DNA of 64,000 nucleotides from Deltaproteobacteria bacterium (GTDB lineage Bacteria; Desulfobacterota; Desulfuromonadia; Geobacterales; JAJYBI01): NCBI GenBank assembly GCA_021779095.1, contig JAJYBI010000015.1, positions 10,344 to 74,343 of the forward strand, read 5' to 3'. Shown piece by piece: positions 26,684 to 35,924 of this stretch (position 1 is its first letter; each line of letters starts with the position of its first letter). The notes under the pieces were generated by a model. It saw only the letters and a program-made list of their open reading frames with translations, ran no database searches and was not told where the DNA came from. The position numbers and the translations under genes were made by a program.

Positions 26684-28102
26684 CTACCGGTAGCGGCTGG
26701 CGAAGATGCCTGCGGAGATGGTGTTGTCTGCTGTGATGAACTCCTGTCCCCAAGCGACGGTGACGTTACCGAGTCCGTCGGTAGCCAGCACGTCGCCGTT
26801 GTAGGAAGAAACGGGTATGTAGTCCTGCAGCAGTCTGTCTGTCCATGTACCCGCCCCGGTAAGCCTGGAGCTGTTGACGCTGAAAATTATGGCGTTGTTT
26901 ACTAAATTGGCGCTGGACCACGTCGTGATGAATTCGCTTCCACTGCCGGCAACGACCTTCATGTCAGCAGGCCAGAAAGACGTTTGCCCGGAAACGGATA
27001 CGCTAATCATGTTGTTAACAATCTCCCCGGAAACGGGCGGCTCCCAGCCACCATTTATCGTGTACCTGCGGCCGATCAGTTGGAAGACGGAGGTGGACCC
27101 TCTGCCGGTCGTATCTTGCGCGGATGTGACGCCTATCCAGACGATGCAGGCATCTCCCCTCCTGTTCATAACTACCGATGGTGTGCCGGCGATACTTGTG
27201 CCGTCATCTTGAGCAATGGCAGTGTCCCATCCGGTATCCCTGCAGAAGCGGATGCTGTAGAGGGCCATTGGCCCGTTCCTGCCTATATCTGTATCCGTTT
27301 GTTTCCACACCGCAATGGCGTTGCCGTTGCCGTCTGCGGCGAGTGACAGCCCTCCGACATCGGTGGCCGGGGTGTTGATGACCTGTGGCGAGCTCCACCC
27401 CGATGATCTGGTGTAATGGCTCGCATAGACCGCCAGGTTGCCCGTCAAGGTGCCGTTGTCGATTACGGGGGCGATCCACACCAAGTGGGCGCCGCCGGTG
27501 GCATCGGCGACAATGCGGGTGCTGCTGGTGGTGATCAGGTAGGGGCTGCCTTCTACGACCTCGTTGACACTGCTCCATCCCTCGCCGGGACGCTCGGTTG
27601 CATAGACCGGCTTACCGCCGTCGATCACCGCTGCGAGATAGGCGGTGCCGTCGTCCCCGAGGGAGATGTCCAGGTCCGAGACATATCCATCGATACCCCC
27701 CTGCAGTATCTGATAGGTATCCCATCCTGTGCCGGGGTGGTAGCGAAAGGTGAAGGTGCCGGATAACCCACCGTAGGGATAGCGCCAGGTCAGAAGCCCT
27801 TCACCGCGGGAGTTCATGGCGAGTTTCAACTCGCCTGATGAACCGGTAATGGCGAACAAACGCTTCGGGGAGGACCATTCACCGCCTGCGATCGCTTGGC
27901 GGAAGTAGATCCCGTCCGGAGCCTGCCATACCATCAGGGTGATGCCGCCGCCACCTGCCACCACGGGAGCGAGGCTCGTGTCGACAACCCGTTCGGCTGT
28001 GCTCCACGCCTTCGGCGTCTCCACGGTGGAATCGCCGCAGCCGGCGAGGGTGACGAGGGAAAGGCAGAAGAGGATCGTGACAAGGCAGCGCAGTCGCGGC
28101 AT
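26684..28102 (-). CDS. Lipoprotein with probable 7-bladed beta-propeller
   Basis: LAGC lipobox; recurring GW(S/D)xxxxI and LAxxxxG(N/D)AxxVW motifs; visibly more AT-rich than the flanks. Confidence 0.7.
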   Translation of the reverse strand: MPRLRCLVTILFCLSLVTLAGCGDSTVETPKAWSTAERVVDTSLAPVVAGGGGITLMVWQAPDGIYFRQAIAGGEWSSPKRLFAITGSSGELKLAMNSRGEGLLTWRYPYGGLSGTFTFRYHPGTGWDTYQILQGGIDGYVSDLDISLGDDGTAYLAAVIDGGKPVYATERPGEGWSSVNEVVEGSPYLITTSSTRIVADATGGAHLVWIAPVIDNGTLTGNLAVYASHYTRSSGWSSPQVINTPATDVGGLSLAADGNGNAIAVWKQTDTDIGRNGPMALYSIRFCRDTGWDTAIAQDDGTSIAGTPSVVMNRRGDACIVWIGVTSAQDTTGRGSTSVFQLIGRRYTINGGWEPPVSGEIVNNMISVSVSGQTSFWPADMKVVAGSGSEFITTWSSANLVNNAIIFSVNSSRLTGAGTWTDRLLQDYIPVSSYNGDVLATDGLGNVTVAWGQEFITADNTISAGIFASRYR

Positions 28103-28282
28103 GGGACACTCCGGAGATGAGGTGCGGTTTATGAGAGCGTTCTTGTAGCACGGAACTAGTTCTCCCAGCAAGGAGCTTGTGCGGAGTCGGGAGTGTGCCG
28201 CCAGCGGCCCTCCCGGCGAAACAGTACCAATTTCCCCCCGTCTGTGGTACAACCCTGACCTGATTCCATTTCAGGGGTTTAC

Positions 28283-29851
28283 ATGTCCGAAAAGAAGCAT
28301 ATCGTCCGGGCGGTCGGGGTCCTCGGGGTCGCCACGGTAATCTCCCGCATCATGGGGATGGTGCGCGACATGGTGGTGTCGCGCATGTTCGGCGCCGGTT
28401 TTGCCACCGACGCCTTTTTCGCCGCCTTCCAGATCCCCAACATGCTCCGCCGGTTCTTTGCCGAGGGGGCGCTGACCGCCGCATTCGTCCCCACCTTTTC
28501 CGAGACCCTGACCCGGGAAGGGGAGGAGGCGGCCCGGGAGATGGCCAACGTCTGCTTCACCGTGCTGACCATCGTCATGGCGGGGGTGACCATCGCCGGC
28601 GTCGTCTTTTCCCCCTGGATCGTCTCCCTCATGTTTCCCGGTTTTAAGGCCGATCCGGGAAAGCTTGCCCTTACGGTGCTTTTGAACCGGCTCATGTTCC
28701 CCTATATCTTCATTATCAGCCTGGTCGCCCTCTGCATGGGGATTCTCAACACGGTGCGCCACTTCTTTACCCCGGCTATTTCCACCGTCTTTCTCAGTCT
28801 CTCCATGATCCTGTGCGCGGCCCTCTTGCACGACCGGTTTCAGGTGCCGATCGTCGCTCTGGCGACGGGGGTGCTGGTGGGGGGGGTGCTGCAGTTCGCG
28901 CTGCAGCTGCCGGTCCTGTACAAGAAGGGGTTTCTGTTCCGGCCCCGCCTCGATTTCCATCACCCCAAGGTGCGGCGCATCGCGCTCCTCATGGGGCCGG
29001 CGGTGTTCGGCGTGGGAGTCTACTACCTGAACATCACCGTGGGTGCGATCCTCGCCTCCTGGCTTCCCCAGGGGAGCGTTTCGTACCTGTATTACGCCCA
29101 GAGGCTGTTCGAGTTCCCCCAGGGGATCTTCACCGTGTCCGTCGCCCAGGCGGTTCTCCCCTCCATGAGCCGGCAGGCGGCGGCCGGCCAGATGGATGAG
29201 CTGAAGGAGTCGCTTTCGTTCGGGCTGCGGCTCACCCTGTTCATCACGGTCCCGGCCATGGCGGGGCTCATGGTCTGCTCGACCCCGGTCTACAGCCTCT
29301 TGTTCATGGGTGGGGCGTTCGACTACAACAAGGCCAGGATGTGCGGCATCGCGCTCCTCTACTATGCCGTCGGCCTTTCGTTCGTGGCGCTGGTGCGGGT
29401 CCTGGTCCCCGCCTTCTACTCCCTGAAGGATACGCGGACGCCGGTCAAGACCGCCTTCGTCGCGTTTATCCTGAACCTGGTCTTCAGCCTCCTTCTCATG
29501 GGGCCGCTCCTGCATGGCGGGCTCGCCCTGGCCTCCTCCCTGTCGTCCCTCTGCAATATGGCCATGCTGCTGTATATGCTCAGGCGCAAGATCGGCCGGT
29601 TCGGCGGCCGGGCTATAACCGTCGCCGGGCTGAAGGCTGTGGCCGCCTCCCTGCCCATGGCGTTGGTGGTGCACTTGGGTATGGGGCTGACCGACTGGTC
29701 GCTTCCGGGGCACAAGCTGGTGAAGGCGGCGGTCATGACCGGCGCGGTGGGGACGGGGTCGCTCCTGTTCCTGTTCTGCGCCTATCTTCTGCGCAGCGAA
29801 GAGGCGGGGGAGGCGGTCGCCCTCTTCCGCAGAAAGGTGCTGAAGCGATGA
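28283..29851 (+). CDS. murJ: Lipid II flippase MurJ (MviN)
   Basis: SRIMGMVRD, DAFFAAFQIPNMLRRFFAEGA, LYYAQRLFEFPQGIF, FYSLKDTRTPV. Confidence 0.97.
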   Translation: MSEKKHIVRAVGVLGVATVISRIMGMVRDMVVSRMFGAGFATDAFFAAFQIPNMLRRFFAEGALTAAFVPTFSETLTREGEEAAREMANVCFTVLTIVMAGVTIAGVVFSPWIVSLMFPGFKADPGKLALTVLLNRLMFPYIFIISLVALCMGILNTVRHFFTPAISTVFLSLSMILCAALLHDRFQVPIVALATGVLVGGVLQFALQLPVLYKKGFLFRPRLDFHHPKVRRIALLMGPAVFGVGVYYLNITVGAILASWLPQGSVSYLYYAQRLFEFPQGIFTVSVAQAVLPSMSRQAAAGQMDELKESLSFGLRLTLFITVPAMAGLMVCSTPVYSLLFMGGAFDYNKARMCGIALLYYAVGLSFVALVRVLVPAFYSLKDTRTPVKTAFVAFILNLVFSLLLMGPLLHGGLALASSLSSLCNMAMLLYMLRRKIGRFGGRAITVAGLKAVAASLPMALVVHLGMGLTDWSLPGHKLVKAAVMTGAVGTGSLLFLFCAYLLRSEEAGEAVALFRRKVLKR

Positions 29852-30408
29852 GACGGATCGGGAATGATACGGAAAAACGGCACTGCTCCCTCTTCGCCAC
29901 GGACGCGGGGTGGGGCGGCGTGGTGGCGAGCGGGGCGGGGCTGCTGGACGTGGAGCTGCCGTTCGGCGGGCTGGGACGTGAGGAGATGCGGGCGGAGATC
30001 CTTCGGCGGTGGCCGGCGGCGGTGGAGGAGAGCGCGCTGACGAAGAGGGCGGCGGATATGCTGGCACGCTACTGCGCCGGCGAGCGGGTGTCGTTTGACC
30101 TGCCGGTGGACGAGGAACGGTTTACGCCGTTCCAGCGGAAGGTGTACCGTGTGGTGCGGGGGATCGGCTACGGCGAGACCCTGAGCTACGCAGGGGTGGC
30201 CGCGCTGGCGGGCAGTCCGGGCGCTGCCCGGGGGGTGGGGAGCGCCATGGCGCACAACCCGCTGCCGGTGATCATCCCCTGCCACCGGGTCGTCGCCGCC
30301 AACGGCGCCATGACCGGCTATTCGGGGCCGGGCGGGATCGCTTCCAAGCAGCGGCTGCTGTCGATGGAGGGGGTGCCGCTGACCTCCTCGGGGCGGGTCG
30401 GCCGGTAG
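29848..30408 (+). CDS. ogt: Methylated-DNA--protein-cysteine methyltransferase
   Basis: TPFQRKV, GETLSY, ARGVGSAMAHNP, PCHRVV active site; ATGA overlap with murJ. Confidence 0.93.
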   Translation: MRRIGNDTEKRHCSLFATDAGWGGVVASGAGLLDVELPFGGLGREEMRAEILRRWPAAVEESALTKRAADMLARYCAGERVSFDLPVDEERFTPFQRKVYRVVRGIGYGETLSYAGVAALAGSPGAARGVGSAMAHNPLPVIIPCHRVVAANGAMTGYSGPGGIASKQRLLSMEGVPLTSSGRVGR

Positions 30409-30431
30409 AATCGGCGGGATTTCAGGGGATT

Positions 30432-30643
30432 TTATGCACAGCCTTCCGCAGTTTCATGACATTGTGTCAATTTCATGATGTTTTCGTTACGCCCTGTTGG
30501 CGTTTGAGCGTAACTGCCCGAAATTAAACGAATGCGTGGGCTGGTTAAAAAATGGGCAATCAGGGAAAACCTCCCGAAGTTTTGTCCGGTTGCCGGTTTG
30601 TCCACACCGTTTTCCCCAGGTTCTCCACAGTTCGTGTGGATAA
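30432..30643. promoter_or_regulatory. DnaA-box cluster B in the convergent ogt/mazG intergenic region
   Basis: TTATGCACA 30432, TTGTCCACA 30598, TTTTCCCCA 30610, TTCTCCACA 30621, inverted TGTGGATAA 30635. Confidence 0.7.
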
Positions 30644-30698
30644 GCCGGGTAGCCCCTTGAAATCAGGCGAAATTTCCGGAAACGACGTTACAGGATTC

Positions 30699-31490
30699 TC
30701 ATTTCTGCCGTTCCAGCGCCTTTGCCTCCTCCCACAGCAGGTCCATCTCCGCCAGGGTCGACTCCTGCATCGTCGTCCCCCGGGCATGCAGCGCATCCTC
30801 CACATGCGAGAACCGCCGGGTAAACCGGGCGATGGTCTTCCTGAGAGCCTCTTCCGGGTCGATGGACAGGAACCGCCCCAGGTTGACGATGGCGAACAGA
30901 AGGTCCCCCAGCTCCGCCTCCATCCGCTCCTCGTCCCGTTCCAGCATCGTCTCCTCGAACTCGTGCAACTCCTCCAGCACCTTGGCGAAGACCTGGTGGG
31001 TGTGCTCCCAGTCGAACCCCACCCGGGCCGCCTTTTCCGTCACCTTGTGGGCCTTCAGGAGTGCCGGCAGCTCCGGCGGGATTCCGGAGATGGCCGATTT
31101 CCGCCCCGCACCCTTTTCCGCCTTCTTGATCTTTTCCCAGTTTTCCACCTGGGCCGCGCTGTCCTTAATGACCTGATCGCCGAAGACGTGGGGGTGGCGC
31201 CGCACCAGCTTGTCGCAGATCGCCTTGAGCACCTCGTCCATGGTGAACCGCCCTTCCTCCTCGGCGATGGCGGCGTGGAACACCGGCTGGAGCATCAGGT
31301 CCCCCAGCTCCTCCTTCAGGTTGTCCCCGTCTCCCTCGTCGATCGCCTCGATCACCTCGTAGCACTCCTCCAGGAGGTAGCGCTTGAGCGACTCGTGGGT
31401 CTGTTCCGCGTCCCACGGGCAGCCGCCCGGGGCGCGCAGCCGGCGCATGATCTCCATCAGCCGGGTAAAGCCGGCCTGTTCCGTGGTCAT
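30699..31490 (-). CDS. mazG: Nucleoside triphosphate pyrophosphohydrolase MazG
   Basis: GCPWDAEQT, EECYEVIEAI, EELGDL, RRHPHVFG, GFDWE, EAELGDLLF; GGAG RBS. Confidence 0.97.
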   Translation of the reverse strand: MTTEQAGFTRLMEIMRRLRAPGGCPWDAEQTHESLKRYLLEECYEVIEAIDEGDGDNLKEELGDLMLQPVFHAAIAEEEGRFTMDEVLKAICDKLVRRHPHVFGDQVIKDSAAQVENWEKIKKAEKGAGRKSAISGIPPELPALLKAHKVTEKAARVGFDWEHTHQVFAKVLEELHEFEETMLERDEERMEAELGDLLFAIVNLGRFLSIDPEEALRKTIARFTRRFSHVEDALHARGTTMQESTLAEMDLLWEEAKALERQK

Positions 31491-31589
31491 GGGGCACTCC
31501 TCTGATAAACAATGGATGTCGTGCGCGTACCATACCATGCGCTCCTGCGTTTCCGCAAGGCGGTGGAGAGGTGGGCCTTGCGGGTAGGT

Positions 31590-33074
31590 TTACTCTCCCA
31601 GCGCCTCCTCGATCCGCTCGCACAGCGTCTTCAGCACCTTGATGCGGGCGAAGTTCTTGTCGTTGGCCGGGACCAGGGTCCAGGGGGCGATCTCGGTGCT
31701 GGTGCGGTCGATCATGTCGCAGACCGCCAGTTCGTAGTCGTCCCACCTGTCGCGGTTGCGCCAGTCTTCGTCGGTGATCTTGAACCGCTTGAAGCCGATC
31801 TTCTCACGGTCGTTGAAGCGGCGGAGCTGCTCCTCCTTGCTGATGGAGAGCCAGAATTTGACCACGACCGTGTCGTTGCGCACCATCTGCTCCTCGAAAT
31901 CGTTGATCTCGCCATAGGCCCGCATCCAGTCCCCGTGGTCGCAGAACCCCTCCACCCGCTCCACCAGCACCCGGCCGTACCAGGAGCGGTCGAAGATGGC
32001 GAACCGCCCCTTGCGGGGGATGGTGCGCCAGAACCGCCAGAGGTACGGCTGGGCCCGTTCCTCATCCGTCGGCGCCGCCACGGGGACGACCCGGTACTGG
32101 CGGGCGTCCAGCGCCTGGGTGATGCGGCGGATGCTCCCCCCCTTGCCGGCGGCATCGTTCCCCTCGAAGACTACGACCACCGAGCGCTTTCGGAAACCGG
32201 GGTGCCGGGAGAGGAGGTTCAGCTTTCCCTGGTACCGTTCCAGTTCGTCCGCGTAGTCGGCCTTTTTCAGCCTGCGGGAGAGGTCGAGGGTCTGCAGGAT
32301 GCGCAGCCCGTCGATGGCGGTGGTGGCCGGCGGAAACGGTTCGCGGGGCGGCGCGGTCTCCGGGGCGTCCAGCCGCTGGCGCAGGGCGCCGAGGAGGGCC
32401 TTGCCGATGGTGAGGTACCGGTAGCGCGGGTCGGTCCCCTCCACGATGATCCAGGGGGCCTCGGGACTGCTGGTGGCGCGGAGCATCCGTTCGGAGACCT
32501 TGCGGAACGCGTGGTAGAGCTTGTAGTGCTGCCAGTCCGTATCGGTGACCCGCCAGCGGGTCCGCGGGTCCTTCTCCAGGCTCTTCAGCCGCTTCTTCTG
32601 TTCGTCCCTGGAGAGGTGCAGCCAGAACTTGAGCACCAGCGCCCCCTCGTCGCAGAGCATCCGCTCGAAGCGGGCGATCCGCTCCAGCTGCTGGTCCAGT
32701 TCGGCGTTCTTGCTCCGGCCGTAGACGTTTTCCAGAAGCGGGCCAGAGTACCAGGTGCCGATGAAGATGCCGATCTTTCCCCGCGGCGGCAGCGCACGCC
32801 AGTAGCGCCACATGGGGGGACGCTCCTCTTCCTCGTCCGTCAGGACGCGTAGGGCGTGGGTCTCGATATGGCGCGGGTCCATCCACTCGTTGAGGATGTT
32901 GACCGTTTCCCCCTTGCCGGCGCAGTCCACCCCGGCGATCAGGATGACCACCGGAAACCTGCGGGACTGGAGCAGGTCCAGCTGGGCATCCAGCAGTGCC
33001 TCCCGCAGCGCCGGCAGTTCCTTCTTCCAGACGGTCTTGCCGATCTTGTGACCGAGTTCCGCGGATTCAAACAT
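31590..33074 (-). CDS. pap: Polyphosphate:AMP phosphotransferase (two-domain PPK2)
   Basis: Tandem PPK2 domains (GVDCAGKG; EGNDAAGKG, FDRSWYGRVLVERVEG, KFWLSIS). Confidence 0.93.
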   Translation of the reverse strand: MFESAELGHKIGKTVWKKELPALREALLDAQLDLLQSRRFPVVILIAGVDCAGKGETVNILNEWMDPRHIETHALRVLTDEEEERPPMWRYWRALPPRGKIGIFIGTWYSGPLLENVYGRSKNAELDQQLERIARFERMLCDEGALVLKFWLHLSRDEQKKRLKSLEKDPRTRWRVTDTDWQHYKLYHAFRKVSERMLRATSSPEAPWIIVEGTDPRYRYLTIGKALLGALRQRLDAPETAPPREPFPPATTAIDGLRILQTLDLSRRLKKADYADELERYQGKLNLLSRHPGFRKRSVVVVFEGNDAAGKGGSIRRITQALDARQYRVVPVAAPTDEERAQPYLWRFWRTIPRKGRFAIFDRSWYGRVLVERVEGFCDHGDWMRAYGEINDFEEQMVRNDTVVVKFWLSISKEEQLRRFNDREKIGFKRFKITDEDWRNRDRWDDYELAVCDMIDRTSTEIAPWTLVPANDKNFARIKVLKTLCERIEEALGE

Positions 33075-33281
33075 GAGTCCCCCATGGCATGAAGTATCCG
33101 CCGGCGGCGCCGGCGGTCCGGACGGTGCCGGCAGCCTGAAGTGTAGCATCCCGGCAGACGATTGCACCCGGCACCGGCGAAAATGGTCCGTTCCCGCCGG
33201 CGCCGGCTTCGCCGGAGAGGGCGCCGTACCTCCCGGCCGGCTTTATGAGGCACCCCCTTCCGGACGGCGTGCAAAGATGGT

Positions 33282-34745
33282 ATGATGCCGCCGGTCATGG
33301 AAGCATTCACGAAACCAGAGAAGGCCGCGTCCGGGACCGCGGCTCCCCGCACCTCCCTTCGACGGGGGACGGCGCGCAACCTGCGCTGCGGCGCAAGGCT
33401 CGCCCTGTTTTGCCGCACCGCGGCCGACGCCTTCGCCGCGACGCCGGAAGAGCTGGTGATCCTCGCCCTCCTCGACGCGCTGCTCAACCTGCTCCTGTCG
33501 TTTCTGCTGAACCATGGTGCGGGTGAGGTCGCCTTCGCAGCGCTCCCCGGCTTTTTCTTCCACATCCCGCTCTTTCTCCTCCTCGGCCTCGCGCTGGCCC
33601 GGCTGGCGGGGGACCCGGCACTCGTCACCGTCGTCCCCGTGGCGCTCGTCGCCCTGAGCCTGCCGCTGGAGCTCCTCCACGGGATCTGCGAATGGCTGGC
33701 GCAGACCGGGTGGCTGCAGATTTCCGAAACGCTCCTCGACGCCCCGTACTACTACCGCTTCTTCCCCTGGTGGGGGGCCGGCGCCGGTCTGTTCCTGCTG
33801 CGGCTCGTCCCTCGCCGCCGCCGTGCCGCAGCGCTTTTCGCCTTCCTTGCAATCGCCGTGCTGCCGCTTCTGTACCTCCCCCGCGGCGACCTGTGGGTGA
33901 GCGCGGAGGGAGGCGGGAAGGAGCTGCACCTGACGGAGGAGGTTCTGGATGCCCAGCCCCGCCTCCTGGATGAGCAGCTGGAACGGCTCCTGCCGGGGCG
34001 AAAGGGGATGAGCTCGCTCTATTTCGTCGGCTTTGCCGGCGACGGGGAACAGGACGTCTTCATGCGCGAGATCCTCTCCGTGGAGCGGCTTTTTGATCGA
34101 CGCTTCGGCACGAAGGGCCGTTCGGTGGCGCTCATCAACAATCCGACGACGGGGCTCTCCGCGCCGTTCGCCACCGAGACCAACCTGCGGCAGACCCTGA
34201 AACGGGTGGGCGAGGTGATGAACCGGGACGAGGACGTCCTCTTCCTCTACCTCACCTCCCACGGCTCCGAAGACCATGAGCTGACGGTGGAGGACGGTCC
34301 GCTGGAGCTGAACGCGGTCACCCCGGAGGACCTGCGGCGGATGCTCGCCGAGGCGGGGATCAGATGGCGGGTGATCGCCGTCTCCGCCTGCTATGCGGGC
34401 GGCTTCATCGCACCGCTGCAGGACGACCACACCCTCATCATGACCGCTTCCGACGCGACCCACGAGTCGTTCGGCTGCGAGAACGGTGCCGACTTCACCT
34501 GGTTCGGCAAGGCGTACTTCGACGAGGCGCTCCGCACGACCAACTCCTTCACGGCGGCGTTTGACACGGCGCGGGCGACGATCGCGGGGTGGGAGAAGGC
34601 GGAGGGGGAGACCCCTTCCAACCCCCAGATCTTCGTCGGTCGTGCCATGCAGGGAAAACTGGCGGAGCTGGAGCGTGAACTGGCGGGAGCGGAACGCCTC
34701 CCGGGCGCCGCGTTCCGCCATGACGAACGGAAAGGACGACGATGA
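33282..34745 (+). CDS. Membrane-anchored C13 (legumain-like) peptidase
   Basis: N-terminal TM bundle; LYLTSHGS and SACYAGGF His/Cys dyad; SFGC, FTWFG, PSNPQI. Start uncertain. Confidence 0.85.
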   Translation: MMPPVMEAFTKPEKAASGTAAPRTSLRRGTARNLRCGARLALFCRTAADAFAATPEELVILALLDALLNLLLSFLLNHGAGEVAFAALPGFFFHIPLFLLLGLALARLAGDPALVTVVPVALVALSLPLELLHGICEWLAQTGWLQISETLLDAPYYYRFFPWWGAGAGLFLLRLVPRRRRAAALFAFLAIAVLPLLYLPRGDLWVSAEGGGKELHLTEEVLDAQPRLLDEQLERLLPGRKGMSSLYFVGFAGDGEQDVFMREILSVERLFDRRFGTKGRSVALINNPTTGLSAPFATETNLRQTLKRVGEVMNRDEDVLFLYLTSHGSEDHELTVEDGPLELNAVTPEDLRRMLAEAGIRWRVIAVSACYAGGFIAPLQDDHTLIMTASDATHESFGCENGADFTWFGKAYFDEALRTTNSFTAAFDTARATIAGWEKAEGETPSNPQIFVGRAMQGKLAELERELAGAERLPGAAFRHDERKGRR

Positions 34746-35866
34746 TAAACAGGGAACGGCTGTACAAGAGATTCATGGTGCTCTGCGCCATCGACGCGGA
34801 GCCGACGCGGGAGCGCCCCATGGCGGACCGGCTGACGGTGCTCTTGACGGAGCTCGGCTTTACGGTGGAGGAGGACGCCGCCGGAGACGCTATCGGCGGC
34901 AACGCGGGAAACCTGCTCGCCCGGCTTGCGGGGACCGGCCCGGGGGAGACGCTGCTCTTTTCCTGTCACATGGACCGGGTCGTGCCGGGGAGAGGCGTGA
35001 AGCCGCGTGTCGACGGGGACTGGTTCGTCAGCGACGGCACCACGGTGCTGGGCGCCGACGACGTCTCGGGGATCGCCGCCGTGCTGGAGGGGCTGACCGT
35101 GGTGCGGGAGCGGGGGCTTGCCCACCCTCCCATCGAGATCGTCTTCTCCGTCGCCGAGGAGCTGGCGCTTCTGGGGGCACGGCAGTTCGACACGGGCCGC
35201 ATCTCCTCACGCTGCGGCTTCGTCCTGGATGCCGGCGGGCCGGTGGGGGAGATCGTCCTCCGGGCGCCGGAGCAGGTGAAGCTGAACGCCGTCTTCCACG
35301 GCAGGAGCGCCCACGCGGGGTTCGCGCCGGAGCAGGGGATCTCCGCCATCCAGATGGCCGCCGCGGCGATCACGCGCATGCAGCTCCTGCGGATCGACGG
35401 GGAGACCACGGCCAACATCGGCAGCATCAGTGCCGCCGGCCCCACCAACATCGTGGCGGACCGCTGCGAGCTGCAGGCGGAGGCACGCTCCCTCGATCCG
35501 GCGAAGCTCGATGCCCAGGTGGGGGGGATGACCGGGGCGATGGCGTCGGCGGCGGAGGAGTTCGGCGGCCGGGTGGAGATCGAGGTGGTGCCGTGTTATC
35601 CGGGGTACCGTCTCACGGAGGAGGCGGCGCCGGTGCGGCGCGCGGCGAGGGCGGCGCAGCGGATCGGCGTGCCGGTCCGGTTCAAGTCCACCGGCGGCGG
35701 CTCCGACGCCAACATCTACAACGGCAAAGGGATTCCCGTGGTGGTGCTGTCCTGCGGCTACGAGAAGGTCCACACCACGGAGGAGCGGATCTCGCTGGAT
35801 CAGCTCGCCGGTCTGGCGGAGTGGGTGCTGGCGATCCTTGTCGATGACGTGGCGGTGGATGTTTGA
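34742..35866 (+). CDS. M20/M25/M40 metallopeptidase (peptidase T-like)
   Basis: HMD, LGADD, VAEE, GRSAHAG, GGGSDAN, HTTEE motifs. Confidence 0.92.
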   Translation: MINRERLYKRFMVLCAIDAEPTRERPMADRLTVLLTELGFTVEEDAAGDAIGGNAGNLLARLAGTGPGETLLFSCHMDRVVPGRGVKPRVDGDWFVSDGTTVLGADDVSGIAAVLEGLTVVRERGLAHPPIEIVFSVAEELALLGARQFDTGRISSRCGFVLDAGGPVGEIVLRAPEQVKLNAVFHGRSAHAGFAPEQGISAIQMAAAAITRMQLLRIDGETTANIGSISAAGPTNIVADRCELQAEARSLDPAKLDAQVGGMTGAMASAAEEFGGRVEIEVVPCYPGYRLTEEAAPVRRAARAAQRIGVPVRFKSTGGGSDANIYNGKGIPVVVLSCGYEKVHTTEERISLDQLAGLAEWVLAILVDDVAVDV

Positions 35867-35924
35867 CGGCGACGACCCGCTTGTGTCCATTGCGGGTGAA
35901 TAATGAAATCCTGTCGGAGTATCG

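Noticed and set aside
30409-30698. Replication origin oriC
   Set aside because: No dnaA/dnaN/gidA nearby and no clear AT-rich unwinding element or DnaA-trio run. Retained only as a DnaA-box cluster pending skew analysis.
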